Assembly (NCBI GenBank): GCA_977862235.1 | Contig: OZ374562.1 | Coordinates: 124,001-188,000 of the forward strand | Reading direction: 5' to 3' | Length of the DNA stretch: 64,000 bases | Source of the DNA: Dudresnaya verticillata | Lineage: Eukaryota | Part shown: in pieces, positions 48,302-60,565 of the stretch | Position numbering within the stretch: position 1 is the first letter of the stretch | How the letters are laid out: every line of letters starts with the position of its first letter | The notes under the pieces: generated by a model | Database searches by the model: none | What the model was told of the DNA's origin: nothing | The model's input: the letters and a program-made list of their open reading frames with translations, nothing else | Made by a program: the position numbers and the translations under genes

Positions 48302-49792
48302 ACGGGTCTGTTGAAGCACGCTCTGCTCTATGTAGGAAACAAAGTTGTGCCTATTGCAACGATTGTACGGAAAAGAAGAGTGCGAATCTTTCAATCTGAT
48401 TTCTTGAAAGCAAACAACAGTGTATCCCAATCACTCGTTAGAAGGAGGGCCAAGCTGCATTGTATGTACCGTCCCCGATCTTCAGAAGATTTGAATAGAG
48501 TCTCATTCCTTTGTGCGGTAAGTCTTCCCTTTTTTTCCCTTGCGATGACAAAGCACAGCTGTCGTAACGGTACGTGTTTATATAGTAGGGATCTTTATAC
48601 CAATGGTTTCTGACGACAGTTTCGTAGACAGATGCTATGTTGTAAAACAATGCAGTACTGTGTACTGTACTATTATAATGCCTTGAAGAGGATTTTTACG
48701 CTACAGAATCGGCTGGAATTTGGATTTTGCATAATGGAACGAAAGTCAACCGCACTGTTACGAATCGTACACAAACTGCTTCTACTTGTACTGTAGAATA
48801 GAAGCAGTTTTTGTTTTGCAAGAGCTGGTCCAATTGTTGATAGAAGCAGTCGGGGTCTTCGTTCTTTTTCTCACATTTTTTTTGAAGTTAGAAGGCTTTA
48901 TAATCCACCACTAAGAAGGGGATAACTATCATGCTACCTTATTGTTCCAAATTGGAACTTCCAATGTGTTTGTATTCTGGAAGGGGGCTGATGAGATAAC
49001 TCATGGATTCTTTTCGTTGTGGGTTCCCATGTACTAGTCGCTCCTTCCAGCTGATGCGTATCAAAGCAGTACTGGCTATGGCTGTGGTGGATTATAGGGG
49101 ACAGGATCACCGCAGAGCTTGAGTCAAGAAATGGTAGCAGGGCAGTGTTGCAATAGTCCGCGAAACTGGGAGAAGGAAAACAGTGCGCAGACCAGCGGAG
49201 CATGCATGGGGAATATTCTTAGTGCAAAGTTGCAACTTTTACAGAATATGTACTTGGTCTAAAAGGCTCTGCGCAGTTGCAGACAGCACTCCAGCTTAGA
49301 ATGGCTTGAGATAAAAAAAAAAGCGCGACCTTTTCTATCGCGACTGGTTCGAGCATCCCGGCCATGCCTTGTTATAGTGTCTTTGACGCGATTTTCTATA
49401 AACAGCGGTGCAGCCAATCACCAACTGAGACGGCAGTGAGCACCATGCGCGGATCTAATATAATATAGAATAACATCTGTCCAATCGCGTACGGCCCCTT
49501 GCTGTGGCATCACACCCACCTTGCACAGGCGCGCTGCACCGCTACGCATTGCTGCAGCAGCACCTCCCTTCAACTCGGTATACCATACTGCCGTGTTGGC
49601 GACCACCCGCCCGCCGACCAGCTGCCGACGACCCCGGCGACGGCCCCGACGGCCCTGGCGAAGACCCCGGCGACCGCACCCTCCCCACACTCATCGCCAT
49701 TTCTGCTACAGCCTCTACGCGCCGCCGACGCGCCACCGCTGGGCCACCACTCCTTGCGCCCGTGCCTTTGTCGACGCGGCCCGACCTACATC

Positions 49793-50893
49793 ATGCTCTT
49801 CGCGACACCCCTCCTGCTCACCTCAATTCTCCCGCTCCTCGCCCTTGCAGCGCCTGCCCCTGTCCCGACGCCGATTGCGTCGCCATGTGACGATTCGGGC
49901 AGCTCTTCTGCCGAGCGGCTGCAGTACCTGCTGCTCCATATCGTGGGCGTCGTCGCCGCCGCCGTCGCATCCGCAACCCGCGTCTACTATGCCCCATCTG
50001 CCGCTATCGACTTCGCCCTCACCCTGCTCTTCTACGTTGCAGTCCTTCTTCTGCTCGCCGTCGCGCTTTATGTCACCTACGCTTTTGAGTCCCCGGACAT
50101 GCTTCTTGTCTGTGCCGCCGCCGGCGTCGTCATTGCGTGGCGCTCGGTCCCGCGCTTGTGGTCTGTGCGCGCGCGTCTCCTGCACTGGAACGCCCCGATG
50201 TGGCGCACACGCGCCGGGATGATCTACCGCAGAGTGCGTCGCGTGCTCACAAAGGACGACTTGGAGGTCGAACCGTACTGGAACGGCCGGCCAAGCGACA
50301 GCATGCTCGTAGATGGCGAGCAGATTGTAGAGCTAGCCGAGGAGAACCCGAGGCATTGGGAGGAATCTGTCGCTGACTGGCAGGACTTTGTCATTCGCGG
50401 GCGCCTCGGCGAACAGCCGGCTAGGAGGGCTGCCCTTGCCCTTCGCATGGCGTATACCGTTCCGTTACCGGCCCTTGTACCGTGCGGCAAGGGCGAGTAC
50501 TTTGCTGGTCGCGGCGCTCTGGGCGTTGAAGTCGCGCGCGTGTGGAAGCTCGAACAGAAGCAAATGTGCAATTTTGAAGCACTCAAACAAAGCCATGGCA
50601 CTCAGCTTACCTCGTGCACGACCAGAACCGAGCTTTCTGCCGTGCTGCACCTCAAGATGCTGCTGTACACGCCTCCACCGGGCGAGAAGGGTGCGGACTG
50701 GACCAGTTATGCGACCAACTGGCTCTTCGGCGAGATCGTTACCAGTATGCATGAGCCACTGCCGGATGCCCTGGCATCCCTGGCATCCGGCAGAATAGAG
50801 CCAGACGGAGACAAATTTTGGAACCTGCTCGCTAGGAATGACGAACGATTGTCAGAGTACATGGAGGCCCTGGATCGTGGAGGAGTCGGATGA
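49793..50893 (+). CDS. Uncharacterised membrane protein (signal peptide plus ~3 TM segments, 366 aa)
   Basis: MLFATPLLLTSILPLLALA; several hydrophobic segments followed by a soluble domain. Confidence 0.75.
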   Translation: MLFATPLLLTSILPLLALAAPAPVPTPIASPCDDSGSSSAERLQYLLLHIVGVVAAAVASATRVYYAPSAAIDFALTLLFYVAVLLLLAVALYVTYAFESPDMLLVCAAAGVVIAWRSVPRLWSVRARLLHWNAPMWRTRAGMIYRRVRRVLTKDDLEVEPYWNGRPSDSMLVDGEQIVELAEENPRHWEESVADWQDFVIRGRLGEQPARRAALALRMAYTVPLPALVPCGKGEYFAGRGALGVEVARVWKLEQKQMCNFEALKQSHGTQLTSCTTRTELSAVLHLKMLLYTPPPGEKGADWTSYATNWLFGEIVTSMHEPLPDALASLASGRIEPDGDKFWNLLARNDERLSEYMEALDRGGVG

Positions 50894-51631
50894 GCGTCAG
50901 AGAGCTACGTCGTGATGGCCGGTTGGTCTCGCATGGGATCGTGTGCCCACAACATAGCTTTGAACAGCCCTGAAGAATCGAACTTTAAGATTACAGCACA
51001 ACATGCAGATCAGCGTGAGCGCGGATCTAAAACGGTTGCGGTTAGCACGCTTTTGCCGGTGGAATTGTGTGCGTTTCAAGTCTGTGCGGGACCAAAGGTA
51101 GTTCTATGTTCTCTACGTCATACCTCATTGTGTGGTAAGAACTATCTTGAGTTAAAACGACATGCCCCGTAGCGCCTTCCACATGTAGTGCGCAATAGCA
51201 AATGGCGAAGTGCTGGCCGAATGTGGTAGCCCACCGTACCACCACCTCCATTTGACTCTCCGATCGCCTCTTCAAGTCTCCTTAGATGTGCAGTTAAACT
51301 GATGTCTTCGGCGCGAACCGAAAACCGCTTGCTCCTCATGTCGACCGAACGCAATAGCTCTACCGTTGGCTCGCATGTCATGATGCATGGCGCGGAAGTT
51401 TTTGTTTTCGTCACAATCAGGCCCGTGAGGCGGAGCGGCCAAGCATGGCAAATCGAAAACATCACAAATGAGAAGAATTTTCCCCCATCGAGCCCAACGC
51501 ACCGCCGTTGTCTTGTCACTGCCTCCGCCTGCACTCCGAGACTCTTTTAGCACGTGCTTGGCATCCCCGACTGCAGCAGGGAAGATATTGGTTTGGTTCT
51601 CCTGCTCGCTTTATGTAGGCACAGGTTCAAG

Positions 51632-52921
51632 ATGATGCAAGCGCTTCGTCGGGGTGCCGCCCCAGGTATCGCACGATTCATTCGGACTTCGCAGCTACCT
51701 GCTACCAGAGCGCGACTGTCTCAGTGGACCCAGCCGTGCACCTGCTACACAACACGCACCCTTGGCAACTTTGCTCGCCGCCAAGACAGCACTACTGCTT
51801 CTGCTGAATCATGGGTGCCCTCATTAGCGGTATCCATTCCCGGGCACTCGTCATCTGTGGATCCGTTTCATCTTGTTGCAAGCGATCTGGCGGCAATGAC
51901 TCGTTCCATTCGCGAAACCGTGTCGGTCCTACAGCATCCCGTTCTTGACGGTGCTGCATCTCACCTTCTTTCTCTCCATGGAAAGCGCTTCCGACCTATC
52001 ATGGTTATTCTCATGGCTCACGCCACCGCGGCTGTTGCGGCCGCATCGATTCCGGTCGCAACAACTTCTTCCAAGCTCCTACCGAGTCAGTTGCGCCTTG
52101 CAGAGATCACGGAATTGATACATGCTGCTTCGCTTCTTCATGATGATGTAATTGATGTCGCTGACACTCGACGCGGAGCACTTTCTGTCAACTCCTTGTT
52201 TGGAAATCAGCTTGCAGTGCTTGCGGGCGACTTTTTGCTCGCACGTGCATCCGTAGCGCTTGCCAGACTCCGTGATTGTGATGTCGTGGAGCTATTGTCT
52301 ACCGTAATTGAGCATCTGGTTCGAGGGGAAGTTATTCAAATGAAGGGCGGCATTGGAGGCGCGCTAGGGGGAATAGGGGACGTCTCAGAAGATGCGCGGC
52401 GCGCGCAGCCAGTGTATCATCAACCTCAAACAGTCTTCGATACGTACATGGCGAAGACGTTCTTCAAGACCGCATCGCTTGTCGCTAACTCCTGCCGCGC
52501 CGTTACGATGCTTGCGGGGCATGGGGAGCAGGTTGCCGACGCGGCGTACCGTTACGGAGAAAATGTGGGCATCGCATTCCAGCTTGTGGACGATATGCTT
52601 GACATGACAGCTACTTCCGACATACTCGGAAAGCCTGTGCTGAACGATTTGAAGCAAGGGCATGCAACCGCTCCGGTTCTGTTTGCGCTCGATAGATTTC
52701 CTGAGATTCAAGAGATGATGGATCGACGATTCCGAGATCCTGGAGACGTGCAGCGGACACTTGAGTTGGTTGAGAGAGTCGATGGACTGGGGCAGACTCG
52801 AAGACTTGCGACAGAACACGCCCAGATAGCTGTCGACGCAATTGTGAATGTGGTTCCGCCGAGTGACCATCGGAGTGCATTAGTTAACCTGGCAAATTTT
52901 GTTCTAACGAGAAAACGGTAG
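51632..52921 (+). CDS. COQ1: Long-chain trans-polyprenyl diphosphate synthase (solanesyl/decaprenyl-PP; COQ1/PDSS1-like) with a mitochondrial-type presequence
   Basis: GKRFRP, ELIHAASLLHDDVID..DTRRG (FARM), AVLAGDFLL, KTASL, GIAFQLVDDMLD (SARM), GKPVLNDLKQG..TAPVLFA. Confidence 0.93.
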   Translation: MMQALRRGAAPGIARFIRTSQLPATRARLSQWTQPCTCYTTRTLGNFARRQDSTTASAESWVPSLAVSIPGHSSSVDPFHLVASDLAAMTRSIRETVSVLQHPVLDGAASHLLSLHGKRFRPIMVILMAHATAAVAAASIPVATTSSKLLPSQLRLAEITELIHAASLLHDDVIDVADTRRGALSVNSLFGNQLAVLAGDFLLARASVALARLRDCDVVELLSTVIEHLVRGEVIQMKGGIGGALGGIGDVSEDARRAQPVYHQPQTVFDTYMAKTFFKTASLVANSCRAVTMLAGHGEQVADAAYRYGENVGIAFQLVDDMLDMTATSDILGKPVLNDLKQGHATAPVLFALDRFPEIQEMMDRRFRDPGDVQRTLELVERVDGLGQTRRLATEHAQIAVDAIVNVVPPSDHRSALVNLANFVLTRKR

Positions 52922-53413
52922 GCTCTACGTAGCATAATCGGTGACATCGATGAGGCGGGTAAGTTGGTGAAAACAGCAACGATTCTGCTAGAGATACACG
53001 GTAACTACGACAGCGTCTGCTCTTCGATCGCGTCATGGTGTGCAAGAAACTGCGATATGGCTTTCACGACCGCCAAAGTGAAAGCGACGTTCGTACGCTA
53101 CCAAGGCTCATGAATGGCGAATGTCGCATTCAAACATAGTCAACTGACTTTCAAATCATAAGATCGCGGGAAGGATGCATTGAGTTTATTCATACTTCCC
53201 ACTTGCAGTTTTCTCGATAGAATTTGCCAGCGCTGTAATAGCCATATCCCGTTGCCGCGAGTGAAGATTACTGCTTAGCTGCGTAGCTGGACACAATTGT
53301 ACGCGATTAGGGCGTTCCATTCCATGACTCGCAAGTTTTGTAAAGCCGAGATCGCCCCCGATCTCCAATTTTGTCTTACCAAGGGGTTTGCCTGGCGCGG
53401 AAACCGTCAAAAG

Positions 53414-53753
53414 CTATGAAGCAGCTGCTTTCTTCGCAGGTTTTGCCGCTTTGGCAGCAGCTTCGCGCTCCTTACGAGCTTTCTCTTGCTTCTGAGCTTC
53501 CGCTCTGATGGCCTTGCGGCGGGCCGCCTCCTTGCCGTGGTGAAGGCACTCAACGTAATCCTCCCGAAACGGTGCACATTCAGCGGGGACGTCCGCCTTA
53601 CCTATGAACGGGCAATTGTTAGACGGGTTTACACAAGTAGGCTCTAGACCGCATCGCTGATACACATTTTAACTTACCAAGACATGTCGTAAAGTCCAGC
53701 CACAGTGCGTAGCAACGCCCTGGACCCCCGTTCACACCGAAACCAGATGCCAT
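53414..53753 (-). CDS. NDUFS5: Complex I 15-kDa twin-CX9C subunit (NDUFS5); exons 53753-53678 and 53601-53414, 87 aa
   Basis: MASGFGVNGGPGRCYALWLDFTTCL|GKADVPAECAPFREDYVECLHHGKE; 76-nt intron GTAAGT..CTAAC..TAG. Confidence 0.92.
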
Positions 53754-54206
53754 GGTGCTCTTCTCAAGCTTTGTGCTTGCGACCTGTGGGAGTCCGGTGT
53801 CTCACTCCGAAAAGACTGAACTTCGAAAAAGTCCCGAGCCGATCTTCGCCCTTGCCTCGGCGCGCTGCAGATGTTGGGGCCAGCTCCTACGAATGCGCAG
53901 AATGGATCGACAAAAATGATGCAGATCTGTTGGGCCGCCGCGCTGCATGCGGGCCGGAGGGAAAATTGTGAAATTTCATCACTTTTCGGCGACCCTGACT
54001 CGCTCATTTTCGCGGGAAGATTTGTGAAACGAAGGGTAGTTGCAAGAGAACGACCACGACGTGTACTCGTCGGCGCGGGTAACGTTACCATGCGTCCCTT
54101 CCGGACTTGGCGGTGATGTGTCCAGTGTAGCCAGAAGCTGGTGGGGTAGCGGCTTGGAAATTCAGAGTGCGGCGTCGTCACCGGCGGTGCAGGGCCTGCC
54201 GTAGCG

Positions 54207-56201
54207 ATGAACCGCGCCCTGCTTAACCCGTTTGTGTCGGCAGACCTTCCGAAAGGCATCGAAGAAATTCTCGACCAGGACAAGGCTACGTGCGTCGCCT
54301 TCAACCGCCATGGAAACCTTCTCGCTGTGGGAACGGTCAATGGGCATGTTACACTGTGGGACTTCGACACTCGCTCAGTTGCTGCCAGGCTGAGCACCAG
54401 CCGTGACGACATGCTCTCGGTTTCTACTGTTTCTTTTCCTGCTCCGCGCAATGGATCGCTCGTACTTGTCTCCTATGCTCCAGGAACCGTCCGCGTGTTT
54501 GATACTTTGTCGCAGGAGCTGGTTTCGGAGGTTGTTTTCGACGTGCCCATCGTTCAAGCTGTGCCGCATCCAAAGGTTCCAGACATTGTCATTGTTATCC
54601 CGCGAACTTATCATCCATTGGTTCTGCATTTGCGGAAAGGAGTTTACACACTGAAGAAGGAGCTTTTCGAGAAGGTCCGAAACCCACGCGTTATATTGTC
54701 AGCACCTGCAGCGGAAAATCAGCACGGCTGCGCTAAGGCGGGGTCCAAGTCTCCACAGCCTACTCGCCCCGGGAGTGCGTTCGGGAACAAGGTCTTTGGC
54801 TGTCTTACGCCGGCGGCAGACTACATCAATGTTTCAGTTCTTTGCGCGGAGGATGAATTTAACAAGGAGGGCGCCCCGAAGGGATCTTCCGGTTCACGGA
54901 AGCGTAGCCCTTACTGTGTCGCATTCACCAGGACGGGAGACCATATTTTTCGAGGTGGTCCATCCGGGTTCATTCGAACCTTCACGCTAGAACCTGAAAA
55001 GGGTACTGGAAACCCCAAAGATAATTCTGTTCCCACGGCAACATGTGTCTCTGTGGTATGTGTCCAAGGTCGCGCTGCAGTTCGCGCGATCATTTTGAGT
55101 CGACGAAATGACAAAGTTCTGGTTAACTCTCATGACAGATGCATGCGTCTCTATTTCCGCGAAATGCTCGTGAATTCGACATCGGATGAAAGCGAGATAC
55201 AAACTGCAAAGAAGGACTCAGTGGCTTCCAAAGACAACGGTGAAGTTATAATAAGAACAATTGAGCCTCTGACGACATTCACTGAGATCGTGAACAAGAC
55301 ACAATGCAGGTGTGCATGCTTTTCGAGCGACGGTGACTATGTCTTGGGCGGAATGGAAGGAACGGAGCACAAAATCCATGTGTGGAGGACGGTGGATGGC
55401 CATCTGGAGCTAACTCTTGAAGGCTCGAGAGAAGGAGTTGCACAAATTCAATGGCACCCGTTGCGAGGAGTTATCACGTCAGTAGGGTTGGGACTTGGGC
55501 AAGTATATGTGTGGGCTAAGAATGTTACGGAGAACTGGAGCGCGTTTGCAACTGAGTTCTCCGAGCTTGAAGCGAATGAGGAATACTCCGAAAGCGAAAC
55601 TGAGTTTGACAAGAGGGAGCCGCAAGACGCAGAGGAGGTGAAGCGTGCTCGTGAGGCGGCAGAAGCGGCACCCGTGGATGTGGAGACCTGCAACGGCGGG
55701 GCATGGTTTTCTTCGGACTCAGAGCAGGAAGACACGTATTTCTACATACCTGCAAAACCTATACCCGACCCAAGTGAGCACCCACCGTCGCTCTCTGACG
55801 AACTGATTAACGCAAGACTTCAGGAAAAACGCCAACCACCAACACCCCCTGTCAATGATGACGTTGTGGTTGTGGTCGAAAATGGGAATGGCAGCGGTCC
55901 CCGAAGACGGAAGAGGTCTGTTGACCGAGCCAAGTCGCGGTCGACCAAGCGGTCTCGGGCGAATAAGCGTCGCCGATCTGCCGGCGGTGGGGAATCCAGC
56001 GGAGCGGAGAGGTCGCGCGAAGACATTGAGATGGCAAATGAAGTGTTTCTTGAATTACGCAAGAAAACTGGTGTGCCAGTCGTGGTGCTCGACGACGATG
56101 AAGACACAGAAGGTGGCTCTAAACCTTCTGCAGGCGGGGATGGAGACGTGCAATTGGTGTTGGAGGATGTAGTAGTGGACGGGGAGAAACGCGGGGGATA
56201 A
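54207..56201 (+). CDS. RBBP5: COMPASS/Set1 complex WD40 subunit RBBP5 (Swd1), 664 aa
   Basis: MNRALLNPF..LP..IEE.LD, FNRHGNLLAVG...G.V.LWDFDT, LVNSHDR..R, IVNKT.....FSSDGDYV, WHP, ENWSAFA..F.ELEANEEY.E.E.EFD. Confidence 0.92.
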   Translation: MNRALLNPFVSADLPKGIEEILDQDKATCVAFNRHGNLLAVGTVNGHVTLWDFDTRSVAARLSTSRDDMLSVSTVSFPAPRNGSLVLVSYAPGTVRVFDTLSQELVSEVVFDVPIVQAVPHPKVPDIVIVIPRTYHPLVLHLRKGVYTLKKELFEKVRNPRVILSAPAAENQHGCAKAGSKSPQPTRPGSAFGNKVFGCLTPAADYINVSVLCAEDEFNKEGAPKGSSGSRKRSPYCVAFTRTGDHIFRGGPSGFIRTFTLEPEKGTGNPKDNSVPTATCVSVVCVQGRAAVRAIILSRRNDKVLVNSHDRCMRLYFREMLVNSTSDESEIQTAKKDSVASKDNGEVIIRTIEPLTTFTEIVNKTQCRCACFSSDGDYVLGGMEGTEHKIHVWRTVDGHLELTLEGSREGVAQIQWHPLRGVITSVGLGLGQVYVWAKNVTENWSAFATEFSELEANEEYSESETEFDKREPQDAEEVKRAREAAEAAPVDVETCNGGAWFSSDSEQEDTYFYIPAKPIPDPSEHPPSLSDELINARLQEKRQPPTPPVNDDVVVVVENGNGSGPRRRKRSVDRAKSRSTKRSRANKRRRSAGGGESSGAERSREDIEMANEVFLELRKKTGVPVVVLDDDEDTEGGSKPSAGGDGDVQLVLEDVVVDGEKRGG

Positions 56202-56312
56202 AGTGAAACACGTACGGTACGTGAAATGTAAAGATTCTTATAGCGGTTTTGTCAGAGTTTATTGTTATGCACAGGCGCTGTGCGCCACGAGTTAACGTGT
56301 TAGAGCGTGAAG

Positions 56313-56632
56313 CTAATGAACGCCCTTGATCGGGCGCACCAGTGGATGGAGCTGGTGAAGATAGCACGTCGCCCACATGATGTACATGCACACGGTTGCG
56401 AGCACGACGGAGAGTTGTCCGAGACTGCGGGGCCGCACGCACAAGGAACGAACAGAAGCACCATGTCAGCAATGGGAATGGTACGTTGCAGCGCGCGTCG
56501 AATTGGAGTCCGGAAGGCTGTCAATACATACGCCTGCGCATCCTTGTCGTTGCGATAGACGGCCGAGACGACAAAGTAGGAAAGCAGGCCTAGCACGAGG
56601 AAGATAACCGTGCCGGTCAGCAGCGCACCCAT
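56313..56632 (-). CDS. VMA9: V-type ATPase V0 subunit e (Vma9/ATP6V0E); exons 56632-56532 and 56424-56313, 70 aa
   Basis: Spliced product ends LATVCMYIMWATCYLHQLHPLVRP; 107-nt intron GTATGT..GCTGAC..GCAG. Confidence 0.9.
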
Positions 56633-57074
56633 CTCACTTCAGTTTGGGCTTTTGATGCGGGCTGTGTTAGCGGTAGCCGTAAAGGGGATGTAGAGAACGG
56701 GAGGTGTGAAGGTGGCTGCAGCGGCTCGACGAACTCCCAATGACGCACCAAACAATGCCAGGGCGGGTATTGCTATCGCAGGCCGTTGAACATTGCAAGA
56801 AACAGGTGTATGTCGCAAGGGGCAATGGTGAGATGCCAGCTGCGCGCGGACGGTGGTGTCGACCATTACAGTCTCAATTTGGTGCGGTACAGGTCCGTTG
56901 AGGCCGCCAACACAGCGGCAATTGGCGATGGCCGCGGGGGGGGGGGTTGTTTTATTTTCTGTCTGTAAGGTGTTCCGATGGAAATTACAATAATTACAAT
57001 TCTCAAATTGCAATTCATGAATGCTATAATAAACAGCTCGAATCGCTACTTCATCAGCGGTCCGAAGCAAAACG

Positions 57075-57154
57075 GGAAGCGTGGCCGAGTGGTCTATGGC
57101 GCTAGTTTAAGGCACTAGTCTTTCGGGGCGTGAGTTCGAATCTCACCGCTTTCA
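57075..57154 (+). tRNA. trnL-AAG: tRNA-Leu (anticodon AAG)
   Basis: Acceptor GGAAGCG/CGCTTTC, D-arm TGGCCGAGTGGTCTATGGC, anticodon stem CTAGT-TTAAGGC-ACTAG, long variable arm, T-arm GTGAG-TTCGAAT-CTCAC; poly-T Pol III terminator just downstream. Confidence 0.95.
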
Positions 57155-58945
57155 TACCCGCATTTCTCTTTTTTTCATAGAGACAATAACCTATCTCGAA
57201 ACCGAAAGGCTATTTGCTTGCAATGCAGACACAAACACATATTCTTTGTTTTTCTTACCGGCAAAAAAAAACTCTCGTGTGGCACCGTCATCAATGAGCA
57301 AACGAAGTGTTGCAGAGTGGATGCACTCGTCTTCACCTAATCTCAGCGCAACGTTTCTTCTTTTCGGGGCCTGTCCTGATGGCGCGACATGATTCCTGCT
57401 GTCCGCCTTCGATGAAATTGACAGAATCCCAAATCCTTGGGACGGAGACGAATGCCTCTGACCGCAGTTGATTCTCTTGCTCAAACCCGGTTGGATTTTG
57501 AGACGGATTGCACTGTCATCTACGATTAATGAAGATACTGGTGACATTACATCATCGCAATAGAAAAGTATTGATAATTGATGTTCAGACACAACAGTCG
57601 ACCCATATGTCTCTCTCTTGTCGAAGGTGCTCAAAATGCTATCGCCATGTGTCATATTCCCTCCCTTTTACGCAGGGCTCTTCATAGACCTGGTATTAAG
57701 TAGTGTGTCGTGGTGTCAAAAACTGACAAAGCGTCACATTCAGAAGAGAACACGCACGGTCTCTTTTCATAGACAATGACTGCTCCATGTGTGAGCAAAA
57801 AGGACTAGTTTGTTCGTAATTCATTCAATTGCCCTAGTTTTCACCTGGCAACCCTGGAGTCAGCTCTATTGTAAAGCTCTTGCACAACATACTTGTTGGA
57901 AAAAACGGATCGCTCTAACAAATACGAATAGACAAAGAATGTATTGAAGAAGAATAGGGCTACGTTCAAATTGAAAAATGGAATACCGAAGCAGCCAGGT
58001 TGGGCTATGCGAGCAGTCCTGTTGAAGATCCGCAGGATGAGGCGGACGAGAGGTATAAGAAGCGTGAGTGACAGGAATGTGGAAAGTCGATACGGGTTGT
58101 CATGATGTCTGTCACATTGTGTGACACGCAAGCGTATCTCCACTCTCTTTTACAATCTGCCACCAACGGCTGTCTGACACCAATGGCGGCAGGTTGCCGC
58201 AGAGAAACTCTCGATGGTGGCCCATCATCGAGAGTTTCTTTATTCCATGTAGTCATGCTAAACCCAAAATGTTAGTGGTGGTCTTTTGAAGTGCGTCATT
58301 TAAAACTGACGCAACCGAGTTCATAAGCAACTGGCACAACAAATTCTCTACTGTATTACAACTGACGTGCACGAGACGCTGGTGCAAATCTGCAGGAGCT
58401 CGCATCCCGCGATCAGGGAAGTAAGGTGTCAGCAAAGGTCTTCTTCTGAATCCTTCCCCGCTCGCAATGACTTGCCCTGATTGCGAATATCTGCGCCTAG
58501 AAGACCTCTGAGAGCAGATGAATCGTACAGAATCCTAATTGAAGCAAAAAGAAGGATGAGCAATGCGTTGAGTAATGCCCGCTCCGCGTAGATTATCGCC
58601 ATGTGCACCGTGCTGAATAGAAAGGGAATGCAACATGTTGAGTACGGCGGAGAGCTGTACGTTGCCACGAAGTTTCAGGCGTATTTTTCTGTCGGACCGC
58701 TAATAGAGCTTCAAGTCTTCACATGGACTGAATCCTTGGAAACTTTAACCGAACGACTAATACCTTTCTGGGTAAATATGTTACCTTTGTGGATATAAAT
58801 GTCTGATCTCTGCTTCACGTCTAGCCAGCACTTACATTCTATACCTCCTCACAACCCAACAGTTCGTCAACACCTTACCGAAAGAATCCTTTTCATTTGA
58901 AAATAGAAGCAGAGAACTGGAAAGGCTGTTCCACTGGCGCAAGAC

Positions 58946-60115
58946 ATGCATCTGCCTAATACAATTTCAACACTGTTCTGGCTCAGTTGCTTTCTGGTAA
59001 TTCATCGCTGTTGCTCAGGGCATAGCTTTTTGCTGAGCCCAAGAGGGGACTTCAACACTTTCTTCAAACCAGAATGTAGACTCGGGGGACCCCCTCATGC
59101 CCCTGACGACAACTGTCCTGGTCCATGCATCGACAGCAAAAGCTGGCAGTATCGTCAACTCCCTTTGACAACATTCGCGCGAGGCGAGCAAGTAGCTCTT
59201 AGCTGGGCTAGAAACAATCATCGTGGAGGATTTGTTCGTTTCACTCTAGTTCCCGAACCTTTACGCATGAGCAAGGATGCGCACAACACAATGGCATTCC
59301 GATACGCCTGCTTTGAATCAGACAAGCATGTGTGCAACTATGAAAATTGCGGGACTGACGTGTGGTTGTACAGAACTACAGTTGAAATCCCAACCTCTCT
59401 ACCTGATGGTCGTTATGTGTTGGGATGGTCGTGGTTCGGAGGGGTGCTAAAGGGCACTAATTCGTTCTTTGGAGATTACTACAGTTGCGCGCCTGTGATG
59501 ATCTCAGGGGGGCCCCTGACATCGAAATATGAGCCGTACTTCTTCCCGGGCGAGAATATTGTCTCGAACTCAACTTGCATCTCGGCTGTGGACAGGCTGG
59601 GAATTTGTGCACGCGAGCCATGTTCAGGGTTTAAAGGCAAGAAGATGGTTCCCTTTCCATATTCAGAAGGGCGTTCACCGGAACCAATTAGCCTTCTTTG
59701 GATGCAATCCAATCCATCGCCAGAATTTTCTCTACCTAGCGTCAGCGCATCACCTTCACCAGCACCATTGCCAAAAATAAGAGGGCTCAAGATGATTGAT
59801 ACGGCCACCAACAAAGTGATAGCGGATCGCTTCTCAGAAAGAACTTCCTATGCAGTAGAAGCAAAACTCTTCACATTTGTCGCGGTAACTGAAGGAAAGG
59901 TTCTCTCTGTTTCATTCTTCATCAACGAACAATGGGTCCGCAAAGAGCAGTCTGTTCCGTACTCATGTTTCGGGGATCAGAATGGAATACTTAATCCGTG
60001 GGCACAGCCTATTTATGATTCCTGGTTCCAATTGAAGGTAAGAATAACTGGATTTGATCAGAAGGCAAGTACAAAATCCTTTGGGATCCTTTTGATCCCG
60101 CTACGTAATAGATAG
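58946..60115 (+). CDS. Secreted LPMO-like histidine-brace protein with a Ser/Pro linker and a C-terminal beta-rich module (389 aa)
   Basis: Predicted cleavage CSG|H gives an N-terminal His (HSFLLSP); W..NNHRGGFVRF, IP..LPDG.YVLGW.W, DYYSCA.V.ISGG. Confidence 0.75.
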   Translation: MHLPNTISTLFWLSCFLVIHRCCSGHSFLLSPRGDFNTFFKPECRLGGPPHAPDDNCPGPCIDSKSWQYRQLPLTTFARGEQVALSWARNNHRGGFVRFTLVPEPLRMSKDAHNTMAFRYACFESDKHVCNYENCGTDVWLYRTTVEIPTSLPDGRYVLGWSWFGGVLKGTNSFFGDYYSCAPVMISGGPLTSKYEPYFFPGENIVSNSTCISAVDRLGICAREPCSGFKGKKMVPFPYSEGRSPEPISLLWMQSNPSPEFSLPSVSASPSPAPLPKIRGLKMIDTATNKVIADRFSERTSYAVEAKLFTFVAVTEGKVLSVSFFINEQWVRKEQSVPYSCFGDQNGILNPWAQPIYDSWFQLKVRITGFDQKASTKSFGILLIPLRNR

Positions 60116-60565
60116 ATGTTATCGGGGCCGTTTCAACTTCCTTGACCCACGTCGGGGCTATGTCTCCCTTTCTTACTCGGGCCTGAATTACAATGTACTT
60201 GAGATATGAAACTCAGACCAGGGTGCCATCGGTGAACCGTTCTGTTTTGGGCCAGGCCTGCAGAAAGTTTATTTTGGTGCTATGTCATTGACACCGCAGG
60301 ACAGCCAGACGCCTTGCTCATCAAACTCTGTCAAAGACAGCCACTGTAACTCCAATAATAATTGTTTCTTTCATTGGCTCAGTATCGAAGTCAACCTCTC
60401 CACTTCGCCACCTAGTCCTGCCTTCGCCTGTTTGATTTTCTCTTGATGTTCTCTTCTTTGTCACCGTAGTTTTGCATCTTACCCCTTTCAGAGCAGTTCT
60501 GAGAGCCGCGACACGGAGCCTTCCCGAGACAGTCAGTACATGCAGAAAACTCTGACAACTCGTGG

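Noticed and set aside
58203..58239. 18-bp-stem hairpin as a terminator or ncRNA
   Set aside because: Isolated hairpin in eukaryotic intergenic DNA with no supporting context
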